Shown here one piece after another: positions 38,334 to 48,200 of a stretch of 49,954 nt of DNA (position 1 is the stretch's first letter; each line of letters opens with the position of its first letter). Source of the DNA: an uncultured Ruminococcus sp. (lineage in GTDB: Bacteria; Bacillota; Clostridia; Oscillospirales; Acutalibacteraceae). Where the stretch lies: contig CACXGC010000118.1 in NCBI GenBank assembly GCA_902767155.1, forward strand, positions 1 through 49,954, given 5' to 3'. Position numbers and translations under genes: made by a program. Under the pieces are notes generated by a model that ran no database searches, was not told the DNA's origin, and saw nothing but the letters and a program-made list of their open reading frames with translations.

Positions 38334-38762
38334 TCAGCTTTGCAATCTTCTCATAGCTTCTTTATACTTTTCATTTCTTTTGAGATCGAAATCTGTTATT
38401 TTATCAAATCTCGACAAATCACTGTTATGAGTAAGATCAGCGATTTTAACAGCTTTTGCAATAGGATTAGTCTTTATAAGTTCGACATAATCCATGTAAG
38501 GTACTGCCGGGTCATGTGTAAGCAATTTCAGAGCACTTATAATATCCTCACTAAACCCTTCTTTCCTGAGATCATCAAAAGTTATGTGAGTGTCTTCTAT
38601 AACATCATGGAGAAGCGCAACAATTGTTGTTACCTCATCATGCATTTGTTCAGCAAGATGAAAAGGGTGAAAAACATACGGCAAACCCGTTTTATCTTTT
38701 TGATTTTTATGAGCCTCAAAGCAAATTTTTAGCGCTTTTTTAGTCATTTCCGTATAGATCAC
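38334..38762 (-). CDS. HD-domain (p)ppGpp hydrolase-like protein (small alarmone hydrolase type)
   Basis: 142 aa. GTG start with AGGAG upstream. RelA/SpoT-type HD motif HKNQKDKTGLPYVFHPFHLA...ALLHDVIEDT. Confidence 0.7.
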   Translation of the reverse strand: MIYTEMTKKALKICFEAHKNQKDKTGLPYVFHPFHLAEQMHDEVTTIVALLHDVIEDTHITFDDLRKEGFSEDIISALKLLTHDPAVPYMDYVELIKTNPIAKAVKIADLTHNSDLSRFDKITDFDLKRNEKYKEAMRRLQS

Positions 38763-38849
38763 TTTTTACCACTCCTAAAAAATAAATATATCCCAAAAGA
38801 TAACACAAACAACAAATTAAAATTCTCCGTACATCTATTGCACGTATTA

Positions 38850-38878
38850 ATTTTATAATATTCATTTTTGTTTGTCAA
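38850..38878 (-). promoter_or_regulatory. probable sigma-A promoter for the HD-domain gene and addBA
   Basis: On the minus strand: TTGACA (38873-38878), 17 bp spacer, TAAAAT (38850-38855). Confidence 0.5.
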
Positions 38879-38965
38879 CAATATTTGTGCACCTTAAATT
38901 CATGCTATACAATAAAATGTATAGATTCAAAACATAAAAACCATCATAAATATTAACAAAATATC

Positions 38966-38994
38966 GTGACAATTATCTCATGTCATGTTATAAT
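38966..38994 (+). promoter_or_regulatory. sigma-A promoter with extended -10
   Basis: GTGACA (38966-38971), 17 bp spacer, TATAAT (38989-38994) preceded by TGT. Confidence 0.6.
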
Positions 38995-39022
38995 GGTATA
39001 AAAAATACAGGTGGTGTTTTGT

Positions 39023-39082
39023 ATGAAAATCAGAAAATCTATCTTTCTTATATTTATCACAATTTTCTTTTGTTTATCATAA
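39023..39082 (+). other. 19-codon signal-peptide-like mini-ORF ending in TAA, in frame with the downstream CDS
   Basis: MKIRKSIFLIFITIFFCLS-TAA-GC NQEEE M... GGTGGTG SD lies 6 nt upstream. 39023 and 39104 are 81 nt apart, so they share a frame. Confidence 0.6.
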
Positions 39083-39103
39083 GGATGCAATCAGGAGGAA
39101 GAA

Positions 39104-39673
39104 ATGCCCGATTTGCGCAGTTTTATCGAAAGTATAATTTTTCTTGAGGAAATACCTGAATTTGATTATGAAGATTATCAGTCAATAGTATGGACTGACG
39201 GTTCTGTTGAATCTTTCGCAGCAGTAAAGTTTACAGGTGTAAATGCTGCTGAAATGCGTGAACAAATCAACGGCAGATGGATGGATGTTCCTGTTTCGAC
39301 GACTTACGGAAATTTTTATGATTATACAAATGTTATCCCTGATACAAAACTTGACGATGCCGGACAAAAACTTACCGCTCTTTGCAAAAGTCATAACGCA
39401 AAATACACTTTCACTGATAGAAGTGATGATTTCTTTCGTATTTATGCAGAACAGATAAAAAGTGACAGAAAAGAAATACGTGAAAAGCGTAACATGATGC
39501 CGGAAAATAAGCAGTCTTCAAACAATTCTGATCCTATCACCGATAATACAGACCCTCGTATACCTGACTATGCTTTTGGCTTTACGTGCGGTTTTTATGA
39601 CCTTAGTCAGAATATTCTCTATGTCTATATATTTACTCCCGAATACAATACATACTATTTACGATATATGTGA
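39104..39673 (+). CDS. hypothetical protein (probably the body of a disrupted lipoprotein gene)
   Basis: 189 aa with AGGAGGA 5 nt upstream. No recognisable family. Confidence 0.6.
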   Translation: MPDLRSFIESIIFLEEIPEFDYEDYQSIVWTDGSVESFAAVKFTGVNAAEMREQINGRWMDVPVSTTYGNFYDYTNVIPDTKLDDAGQKLTALCKSHNAKYTFTDRSDDFFRIYAEQIKSDRKEIREKRNMMPENKQSSNNSDPITDNTDPRIPDYAFGFTCGFYDLSQNILYVYIFTPEYNTYYLRYM

Positions 39674-39740
39674 CGTATTGAGTATGTAACACTTGTTTTG
39701 AAACAGAATAATTGATTTTTCCCATATATATGCTATACAA

Positions 39741-39795
39741 AAAAAACAACCAACTTTCAAGATTAACTCGGAAGTTGGTTGTCTCTTTTCTTTAG
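39741..39795. terminator. bidirectional rho-independent terminator
   Basis: A8, then stem CAACCAACTT / AAGTTGGTTG, then TCTCTTTTCTTT. On the minus strand the stem is followed by T8. Confidence 0.75.
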
Positions 39796-39821
39796 GCTTT
39801 TTTCACAGCCACTGTCTTCTT

Positions 39822-42800
39822 TTAATTCAACCTTTTGGCTGTTGAATTTGAATCATCAAAAATAACATCACTGCTCAGACTATGCTTTGCAAAATACAAT
39901 GCTTTAAGACCTGATGAATAAAGTTCTTCATACGAACGTCCGCCGGAAGGATAAATACTTATTCCAACTTTTCCGAAAATAGCAACATTACCTTCATGTG
40001 CTTCGTAACTATTGCTTATTACTGATATTATCTGATTAGCCTTTTCCTGAAGTGTTGTGTGAGCACTCAGACCCTTCACGAATATTACAAACTGTGCCCC
40101 GCTTATTCGTCCTATTATATCAGAATCACGGAATAATTCCTTTACATTTGATGCTGTTTCCTTCAAAACCGCATTTGCAAAGTTCTTTCCCAGCGACTTT
40201 TCCAAAACCTCAAAATTGCACACTTCGGCAACTATAAGTGCATGTGAACCGGAAGCTCCCTCTTCGTAAAGATAATTTTTTATCTTATTCTCAGTTGCAT
40301 TACGGTTATACAGATTTGTTATAAAATCTGTTCTGTCTTTTCTTGCCTCTTCCTCATCCATGTTAGAACTGTCTCTTGAAACATCTGCACAAACCGCTAT
40401 TATTTTTGCCGGAACGCCTGCCGCATTGCGGACTGTGACAAAATGAACCCTGTTCCACACATATTCGTCTTTCTTCATATTATAGATACGAACAAGACAC
40501 TCCGCATCTGTTCCGTCAGAACGTGAGAAGTTCATTTTTTCAAGGAATTTATTTACATCATCCGAATGTATCAAAGATGTGGACTTTATATTTTTCACAA
40601 AGTCATACATTGCCGGTGTATATCCGTACATTTTCTCAAAAGACCCCGAAAACTTTGCGCTGTCAAGTCTTGGAATCCACTCAAGAATAAACGATTTTGT
40701 CTGCTCAAGAATTTCATCATATATTTTATCGTTCAAAACAAGCGCCGTACTCTGATAATCAAATATCGGCAATTCCGTCTTTGTACTGTTTGCAATGATA
40801 TTTTCACGGAATGTTTCTATATCAATAATCTCGTTGGAATGAATGCCGAAAACAACATCCGTCTTAACTTTAAGCTGATGTATAACTTCCTCGTCCGCAT
40901 TCATAGGCATATAGCAAGTTGCACCCAATCTGTTGAAACAGTCAAGAAGATATACAAGTATTTCTATAGGAATCAGATCATCTCTTATCTCGTCAATAAA
41001 ATCATTCGCAAAGGTGATTCTTTCAAAAAGTTTGTTGGTGAAGCATTTTGTATTAATGCTGTCTATACCGACGTTGTACACACCGACCTCGAAACCTAAC
41101 TTTTTAAGAAAATCCGTAAATTCCGTAACCTGGCGCATATCCATTTCCTTAATCATATCCTGAGTAACATTCAAACATATATTTTCACAATCCACAGGAT
41201 AATAAACAAGTATTTCGTCAATCGCCTTCATTACGATTTCACTGTCAAAACCTTTGAACATTGTAGCAATAGACAGCTTAGGCAATGCAAGATGCTCTTG
41301 TTCAAGTGCATATATAACCGAAAAAATTCTCCTCAAGCTGTTCAGACTGAATGCTGTAATATTTTCCGTATGGTAAAGTGCCGCATAGATTTCATCAAAA
41401 TCAAATCTTTTGCCAAACTCTGCGGAACTTTCTACCATTTCATAAGAAACTACTTTTTCATTAATAGAATCCATGAGCGGAGCAAAGAAACTTTCAAAAT
41501 TTATTACCTTCTGACTATTCTCGCTCAGTTCCTGCTTTTCATAGGGTTTTATTTCCCAACTGGTACGCATATTTTCATTGTAGAAAAGATACATATTCTT
41601 TCCGTTTACTTTAGCTACGTCAACCGCTTTTGAAGCATTAAGGAAAAGATCTTCAAATTTTGAGCCGGTTTCGGGATAGTTTGAAACACCTATGCAAGCA
41701 GATATTTCCGGATATGTGATATTGTCGAATGTGTATGTCTTGTGTAAACTGCGGAATATTGTATCTACAATTGTAAAACTTTCCTCTTTGTTAGGAGTAT
41801 CTTTAACAAATACTATAAAATTATCATCTTCCACACGTCCGACAATGTTTCTGTCATTAAATTGATTTTTCAGAATATTTGCAATATCTTTAAGTATATC
41901 ATTGCCGAAACGATAACCCGTTTTGCGGTTAATAGTACGAAAACCGTCAACGTCAATAAGCATTAGCATATGTTTTCCGCTTTTTCCCGTATGGGTAAGA
42001 TAATCATCAATTTCATTGCGAAGACCATTAAAATTCAAAAGTCCTGTTATGCTATCTCTGTTTGCTCCAAGTTCATCTTCGCCGTCTCTCACTGAGTTAT
42101 ATGTCAGGCGCTGTATGCTAAGAAACAGATCAACAATAGTATCTTTTTCCACCACGGGAACAACAGTCAGTCTTACGGCTGAATAGATATTTCCATCAAG
42201 TCTCATCGGACATTCTATAACAGTCCTGTTAAGATCTTTTTTCACATCACTGTAGATATTATCGACACGCAGTGTGCGTGACACTTTGCTGTGAAATTCG
42301 TCCGGACAAAGTTCTGTAAACAGCATGACCGCTTCTGAATAATTCTTAGGCGTATATGAAAAAATGGAACTAAATTTGCCTTTTCTTTCCTCAGCGATAT
42401 CTTTTTCAAGATTAAATTCAAACACAAAGTCGGAAACCTTGTTCAATATCTCACTGTCACGTCTTTTGGTTTCCTGAATTTCAAGTTTCTGATCTTCTAT
42501 AGTTTTGATAAGCTCATCACGACCCATTTTCTTATACAGATCGTTTGCTGTATCCTGTACATTATCAGAAAGTTTGCGTTCACTGCCGTCATTGACAGAA
42601 TGATCCACATGATTTATATCAGCATATTCCTCTGCCAATGATTTAAATTCAGAAAGAACCTCTCCAAAGCAATCCATCATTTCATCAGAAAATGCCCCGC
42701 AAGCTCCTGTTCTTATCATTTCGACAGCCTGATCGTGTGTAAACGCTGCTTTATACGGACGTTCACTTGTCAAAGCATCATAGCAGTCCGCAATAGAAAC

Positions 42801-43706
42801 AACCTGCGCCCATATAGGTATCTGATTACCTACAAGCCCGTCCGGATAGCCTTTACCATCAAATTTCTCGTGATGATAGCGGCATATGTCATAGCAATAT
42901 GTGAAATATTCATTTCTCTCTACTGAATCAAGTTGATTAAGCAAATCGCAGCCTTTTAAAGTATGCTCTTTCATTATCTTGAATTCATCATACGTTAATC
43001 TTCTTGGACTGAGCAAAATAGAATCCGGTATTGCTATTTTTCCTATATCATGCAGGGCCGATGCGGATGATATAAGGTTTATCCTTTCCTCCGTCATATT
43101 ATATTTTGGATATTTTACTGCCAGCACCCTGAGCATTACTTCCGTGAATTTTTTAATACGATGTATATGTCTGCCAGATTCAACATCACGGTATTCTATT
43201 ACTGTACTGAGCGTATCAAGCATATCGTTATTAATAGTATTAATTTTCCTTTGCTGAATTTTCAGAGCTTTATTTTGAGAAAGTATCTTAGCTGTTTGTC
43301 TTTCCACAAGCTCTTCCAATTCATTTTTGTGCGAATACAATTCCACAAGATTTGCGACACGTTTCATTATCACGTGTGGATTTACCGGAGAAGCAATAAC
43401 ATCGCTGTAAGGCATTTCCATATTAAGGTGCTTTACTCTGTGATCGGTATCACCATTCAAAAGCAGTATTATTGGTATATTTTCAAATATCTTGAGATTC
43501 GCAAGTGTTTGGACAGTTTCTTTGCTCATTTTTTCCGCAATACTCTCATTTACCAATACAATAGAAATACTTGTTTTGTACTGCATGATAAAGCGAAATA
43601 CCAATTCTGCACTATCTGTTTCTACAATTTCATATTGTGAAGAAAACATCTCGTGTATGATTGATTTATTCATTTCTATATTATCTGCTACGAGCATTTT
43701 TTTCAT
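39822..43706 (-). CDS. multidomain c-di-GMP signalling protein: pseudo-receiver, HD-GYP, degenerate GGDEF, degenerate EAL, degenerate GGDEF
   Basis: 1294 aa. REC-like N-terminus with Asn where the phospho-Asp is expected (IVLVNESI). Intact HD-GYP motifs (HDIGKIAIP, HHEKFDGKGYPDGL). GGDEF-type folds with VEDDNF and ISGAQF at the active-site position. EAL-like fold with EMV / LNVTQ / YNVGID in place of the canonical motifs. Confidence 0.8.
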   Translation of the reverse strand: MKKMLVADNIEMNKSIIHEMFSSQYEIVETDSAELVFRFIMQYKTSISIVLVNESIAEKMSKETVQTLANLKIFENIPIILLLNGDTDHRVKHLNMEMPYSDVIASPVNPHVIMKRVANLVELYSHKNELEELVERQTAKILSQNKALKIQQRKINTINNDMLDTLSTVIEYRDVESGRHIHRIKKFTEVMLRVLAVKYPKYNMTEERINLISSASALHDIGKIAIPDSILLSPRRLTYDEFKIMKEHTLKGCDLLNQLDSVERNEYFTYCYDICRYHHEKFDGKGYPDGLVGNQIPIWAQVVSIADCYDALTSERPYKAAFTHDQAVEMIRTGACGAFSDEMMDCFGEVLSEFKSLAEEYADINHVDHSVNDGSERKLSDNVQDTANDLYKKMGRDELIKTIEDQKLEIQETKRRDSEILNKVSDFVFEFNLEKDIAEERKGKFSSIFSYTPKNYSEAVMLFTELCPDEFHSKVSRTLRVDNIYSDVKKDLNRTVIECPMRLDGNIYSAVRLTVVPVVEKDTIVDLFLSIQRLTYNSVRDGEDELGANRDSITGLLNFNGLRNEIDDYLTHTGKSGKHMLMLIDVDGFRTINRKTGYRFGNDILKDIANILKNQFNDRNIVGRVEDDNFIVFVKDTPNKEESFTIVDTIFRSLHKTYTFDNITYPEISACIGVSNYPETGSKFEDLFLNASKAVDVAKVNGKNMYLFYNENMRTSWEIKPYEKQELSENSQKVINFESFFAPLMDSINEKVVSYEMVESSAEFGKRFDFDEIYAALYHTENITAFSLNSLRRIFSVIYALEQEHLALPKLSIATMFKGFDSEIVMKAIDEILVYYPVDCENICLNVTQDMIKEMDMRQVTEFTDFLKKLGFEVGVYNVGIDSINTKCFTNKLFERITFANDFIDEIRDDLIPIEILVYLLDCFNRLGATCYMPMNADEEVIHQLKVKTDVVFGIHSNEIIDIETFRENIIANSTKTELPIFDYQSTALVLNDKIYDEILEQTKSFILEWIPRLDSAKFSGSFEKMYGYTPAMYDFVKNIKSTSLIHSDDVNKFLEKMNFSRSDGTDAECLVRIYNMKKDEYVWNRVHFVTVRNAAGVPAKIIAVCADVSRDSSNMDEEEARKDRTDFITNLYNRNATENKIKNYLYEEGASGSHALIVAEVCNFEVLEKSLGKNFANAVLKETASNVKELFRDSDIIGRISGAQFVIFVKGLSAHTTLQEKANQIISVISNSYEAHEGNVAIFGKVGISIYPSGGRSYEELYSSGLKALYFAKHSLSSDVIFDDSNSTAKRLN

Positions 43707-43876
43707 AAATTACACCTCTGATAACACACAAATTTCCCTACCCTACATTATACACGAACTACTATTTTTTGTACAGATACTTTTTATATTTTCATAAATA
43801 ATCTTTAAATCTCCCCCATATTATTTAGTCATATTAACCAAATACAAATTTACTCAAAAGTGGTAAATTTTTATTA

Positions 43877-43905
43877 TTGCAAAAATAGGCTGTTTTTAAT
43901 ATTAT
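43877..43905 (+). promoter_or_regulatory. possible promoter of the mecA-like gene
   Basis: TTGCAA (43877-43882), 17 bp spacer, TATTAT (43900-43905). Confidence 0.35.
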
Positions 43906-43956
43906 GTAATACAGAGAACTGTACATGAACGTACCAATCAATATGGAGGCTTGTTA

Positions 43957-44526
43957 ATGAATATTCAACAGCTTAATCCTTCAAGGATAATGATATCGCT
44001 TTGTAACAAGGAATTAGAAAAATTTGATCTCACTTTTGAAAAGCTGAACATGAATGATTATAACTCAAAAATTATGATAGAACAAATTCTTAATTATGCA
44101 GAAAGTAAAACAGGAATAGTTCTAAAAGACAAAAGACTTGTAATCGAGACAATGAAATATGAGCAGGGATGTCTTATGCTTATAACTATAGTGAAAAAGC
44201 ACAGACATAAGCAATACAAGGTCAAGGCACGAAGCAATAGTTACGCTTTCTATTTCGGCAATGCTGAAAATATGCTTAAATGCATTGAACGGCTTTATGT
44301 TCAAAATGAGAAAAACGTCCGTTCCTGCATACTCTATGACGGCAAAGGTTATTATCTTGTTCTTATCAATACAATACCGCACGACAACTTTATTTTTATT
44401 GTCAAAGAATACTGTTTATCATGCCGCAAGGGAAAATTTTATTGTATGGGACTGAAAGAAAAATACAAATTACTTGTATCTTTTGACGCAATAAATAAAG
44501 TGGGGGAAATTCTTTCCCAAAAATAA
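43957..44526 (+). CDS. mecA: MecA-like adaptor protein
   Basis: ATG 43957 with GGAGG 7 nt upstream. The N-terminal pattern MNIQQLNPSRIMISLCNKELEKFDLTFEKLNMND...IMIEQILNYAE resembles MecA (MKIERLNDNTIKIFL..DLEERGI...). Confidence 0.6.
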   Translation: MNIQQLNPSRIMISLCNKELEKFDLTFEKLNMNDYNSKIMIEQILNYAESKTGIVLKDKRLVIETMKYEQGCLMLITIVKKHRHKQYKVKARSNSYAFYFGNAENMLKCIERLYVQNEKNVRSCILYDGKGYYLVLINTIPHDNFIFIVKEYCLSCRKGKFYCMGLKEKYKLLVSFDAINKVGEILSQK

Positions 44527-44529
44527 AAA

Positions 44530-44562
44530 TTCAGGCACAGAAGTAATTATTCCGTGCCTGAA
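44530..44562. terminator. bidirectional rho-independent terminator
   Basis: Stem TTCAGGCAC / GTGCCTGAA. A/T tracts flank it on both sides. Confidence 0.75.
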
Positions 44563-44568
44563 TGATTT

Positions 44569-45213
44569 TTATGCATTTTTGAGAATCTCAATTGCTTTAG
44601 CTGTATCTTTAGCCTTAAAAACTCCCGTACCCGAAACAGCAACATCTACTCCCGCATTTGATGCAATTGATGCTGTCTTTTCTGATATGCCTCCATCTGC
44701 TTCGATCAGAACATCAAATCCACGGCTCTGTATTTCCTTTTTTATCGCTTGTACCTTCGGCATCATATTCTCCATAAAAGACTGACCTCCAAAACCCGGC
44801 TCAACGGTCATAACCAAAACCATGTATACTTTATCAAGATAAGGAAATACTGCTTCCGCCGGAGTTGCCGGTTTAAGAACCAAACCGGGCTTTACGCCGC
44901 AGCTTTTAATCTTATTAATAGTTTCATCAATATCCGAATTTGCTTCAAGATGAAATGTAATTATATCTGCGCCGGCATCTGCAAAAGCATCAATATAATT
45001 TATGGGATCTGTTATCATAAGATGAACATCAAACGGCAGTTCTGTATACTGGCGCACTGCCTTTATAATAGCAGGACCTATAGTAAGATTGGGTACAAAA
45101 TGACCATCCATTATATCAAGGTGTATCATATCTGCACCTGCCTTATCTACTTTTATAATCTCCTCACCTATTTTTGAAAAATCGCAGCTCAACAGTGAAG
45201 GTGCTACTTTCAT
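44569..45213 (-). CDS. rpe: ribulose-phosphate 3-epimerase
   Basis: Motifs PSLLSCDF, HLDIMDGHFVPN, DVHLM and EADGG. ATG 45213 (MKVAPS) has GGAAAGGA upstream. Confidence 0.95.
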   Translation of the reverse strand: MKVAPSLLSCDFSKIGEEIIKVDKAGADMIHLDIMDGHFVPNLTIGPAIIKAVRQYTELPFDVHLMITDPINYIDAFADAGADIITFHLEANSDIDETINKIKSCGVKPGLVLKPATPAEAVFPYLDKVYMVLVMTVEPGFGGQSFMENMMPKVQAIKKEIQSRGFDVLIEADGGISEKTASIASNAGVDVAVSGTGVFKAKDTAKAIEILKNA

Positions 45214-45243
45214 TTTTTTCAATCCTTTCCCTTTTCCTTATTA

Positions 45244-48200
45244 TTATACCGATAATTTTCTTAATAAAACAGAAATTATCATAAGCACAAGACAACAGAA
45301 CAATGTATATATCAAAACCGGAATATTGCTCAAAAGAATGAATCCTGAACCGAAAGACAGTACCATTACAAGCAAAAATCCTATAATGACCGAAAGCGAC
45401 TGTATAACTATCGAAATAGTTATAGTTGATTTCAATGCTATACATCCTGAAACTGCTGCGGCAAATGCACTCAGCTTTCCGTTGGTTACCATATATGCAC
45501 GAGATGTCTTCTCCGTACCGGATATTTCTTCCTGACAGATTGTTCCCAGACCTGTAGGAAGTATTTTTATACTGCGCTGATACAGATTAAACTTCTCTGC
45601 AACGTGTTCCTGTGTAACATTTTGATCTATGGTTCTGATAATGATATTTACTCCATGACTGGATAGTTCACGCAATGACTCGGCGATTTCATTATCTACC
45701 CTATATGTCAGACTGAACATAACTACAAGTTCACCCGCTAATGAAATATAGACAAGTTCGTTTTTCATCTTTCTGTATCTTGTTTCAATTGATTCATCGG
45801 GAATTTTGATATTATGTTTCTGCATAAGTTTACGGTTGCCCATCAGTATCCTGTTGCCGCCTATCCATCCCGTAAGTCCAAGTCCGTCATCGTAAGATAC
45901 ACTGTCAACTTTAGGAACCATATATTTTCTATCCTGAATTATAGTTTCAAAAATATGTGTCATAGGTCCGTCAACTGCATACGATACTGCTGCTGCATAA
46001 CGAAATGCATCTTTCAATTTACTCTGGTCAAACGGGCGCATACCGCTAAGAAAAATATTTCCTTTCGGATAAATCTGTGATGAATCTATCATGATCGCAT
46101 TTGTATCACTGAATTGTCTTACGGCATCGTAACCTGATATCATAGCGCCCTTATTCAAAATCAAATTGCAAAGGTTCTTCAGCGGCAAATTTATTGCAAG
46201 CAAACAACATATTGGTATTGTAATAAATGATGTAAGTGAAAATGTTGAAACACCGCCGATAAAATCTTTTGTAGTAATACCATAAAAGAAACTGTACAGT
46301 ACACAAAGCGCTACTGTAAACGGTGCGGAAAATGATGCATTATCCTCCACAGGATCAGGAGCGTAGGAAAGCTGCAAAAAGTTGCTCATGAATTTTGATT
46401 GTTTTGTATACGCAACAATTGGTCTCTGTACTGGAAGTCCGGAAACCATTCTTTCAGCATTATTTGATTTGGTGTATATTTTTCCAACAAACTTTGCTGA
46501 CTTGCTGCGCAGAAAACGAAAATTATCAGCTGTTCTCTTAACAATAACAAGCTTTCCCAAACAATTAAACAACAATGCAAGAATTATTGGAAGTGTGTAC
46601 AAGTTATACGTTCCGTCAAGATAAATATTCGGCAAGAACAATGCAGTAATAGACTGTATTACACCGGCTAATGATGCGGTAGCAATTGCTGTATCACTGT
46701 TACCTCTCAAATGGAACAAAGCAACAAACCCGTTTGTTATATAATCTCTTGCGACGAAAACGGACACGGCCATAACAATGAAATTGATTATGCCATAAAC
46801 CAGCCAACCATTGTGTATCATATTGAGAAAAAGAGATGGCATCAACTCCGCTAAAAATACAGTACAAAGTGCTATTACTGTTGTTACTGTAAGTATTATC
46901 GTTTTGATAAAAACTTTGCTGAAACTTTCGTTTATCTCATTTTTTATATCAGATTCGTCTTCTTTGCTATTATAATCATTCAATTCGGTTTTTTCTTCGA
47001 TAAAATCTTCCTCAAAATCAAATTTGTTTTCTTCTACAGCAAAAAGATCCTTTATTTTCAAACCAAGCTTTTTCTTTTCCTTGGCAACTTTTGGTTTTTT
47101 ATCTTTTCCCAAAATGTCTTTTGATTGTTCATCAGCTTCAAAAGCAACAGATTCCTCTTTTTTATTTTCCGAAACATTCTTTCCAACTGTCTCTTTTGAC
47201 TCTGTGGTTGATTTTTCAGGTAGTTTTACTGTAACGTCCGATATTGGCGGAACTGAATTTTTTTCGGCATCTGCATATTTTCTTGCTTTTTCATATTCCG
47301 TTCTTACTGTTTTTGTAAACTTTCCTGCCATAACGACAAACGGCGTACTGTCACTGTAATGATACACCATTGCCGACCTTTTTACTTCGGAAAAATTTGT
47401 ATTAGGAATTTTGGGAGTACTTTCATGTTTTTTCTCCTCATTAACAGACACTGTTTTTTCAGTATCATGAGAAAGTTCATTCTTTCCGGTAGGCACAGCA
47501 AATTTATTTTCTGCCGCGTTATTAATCTGAGAATATGATTTATCTTCTGCAACATCGTGTGACAGTTCGTTATTTATATTCCTCGCTTGAACGGTAGTGT
47601 TGCCTATTGGTACATCATGTGATAATTCATTTATAGCCGGCTGTTTGGGAACTACAGGATTACTTTCAAACATATCATGTGATAACTCATCATTTTCTTT
47701 AACTGTATCATCCTTTGCTGACTCGTTATTTTTACCAACAGATACAGTACTATTTTCTTCGCTATTAACCGTTTCATTTTCCTTTACAAGTCTGTCACTG
47801 CTATCTGAAAAATCTTTCACTGTGGAAACAGAAACGGTAACAGGCTTTTTTTGTTTTGCGGATTCTTTTACCTGAAAAACTGTATCCACTGAAATTTCCA
47901 TTTTTCCGGAATTATTTTTTTGTCCAGACTGTTTGTTTTTATTTTCCTGAATTTTCTCATTTTTCTTTTCCCGTCCCGTTTGCACAGGAGCTCTTTGTGA
48001 AGAAACAAATTCTTTTCCTGCCTCAAAATAATCTTGCTGATTCTCCGACCTGTAGACAGGATATTCTTCAATAGCTTTTTCATTTTGCTGAGCAACGTAA
48101 GTTATGTCATTTTCCTCATCATCAGACGAAGCAGAAAATAAAACCGTCTCTGTTTCCTCAAATGCTTCCTGCTCTTCATTATTTTTTACTCGAGCAGGCT

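Noticed and set aside
43885-43912. dif-like sequence (ATATTATGTAA resembles the XerD arm of Firmicutes dif), noticed because ftsK is in the window.
   Set aside because: The would-be XerC arm (ATAGGCTGTTT) shows no inverted-repeat relation to the XerD-like arm and does not match known dif left arms. The match also overlaps a plausible -10 region.
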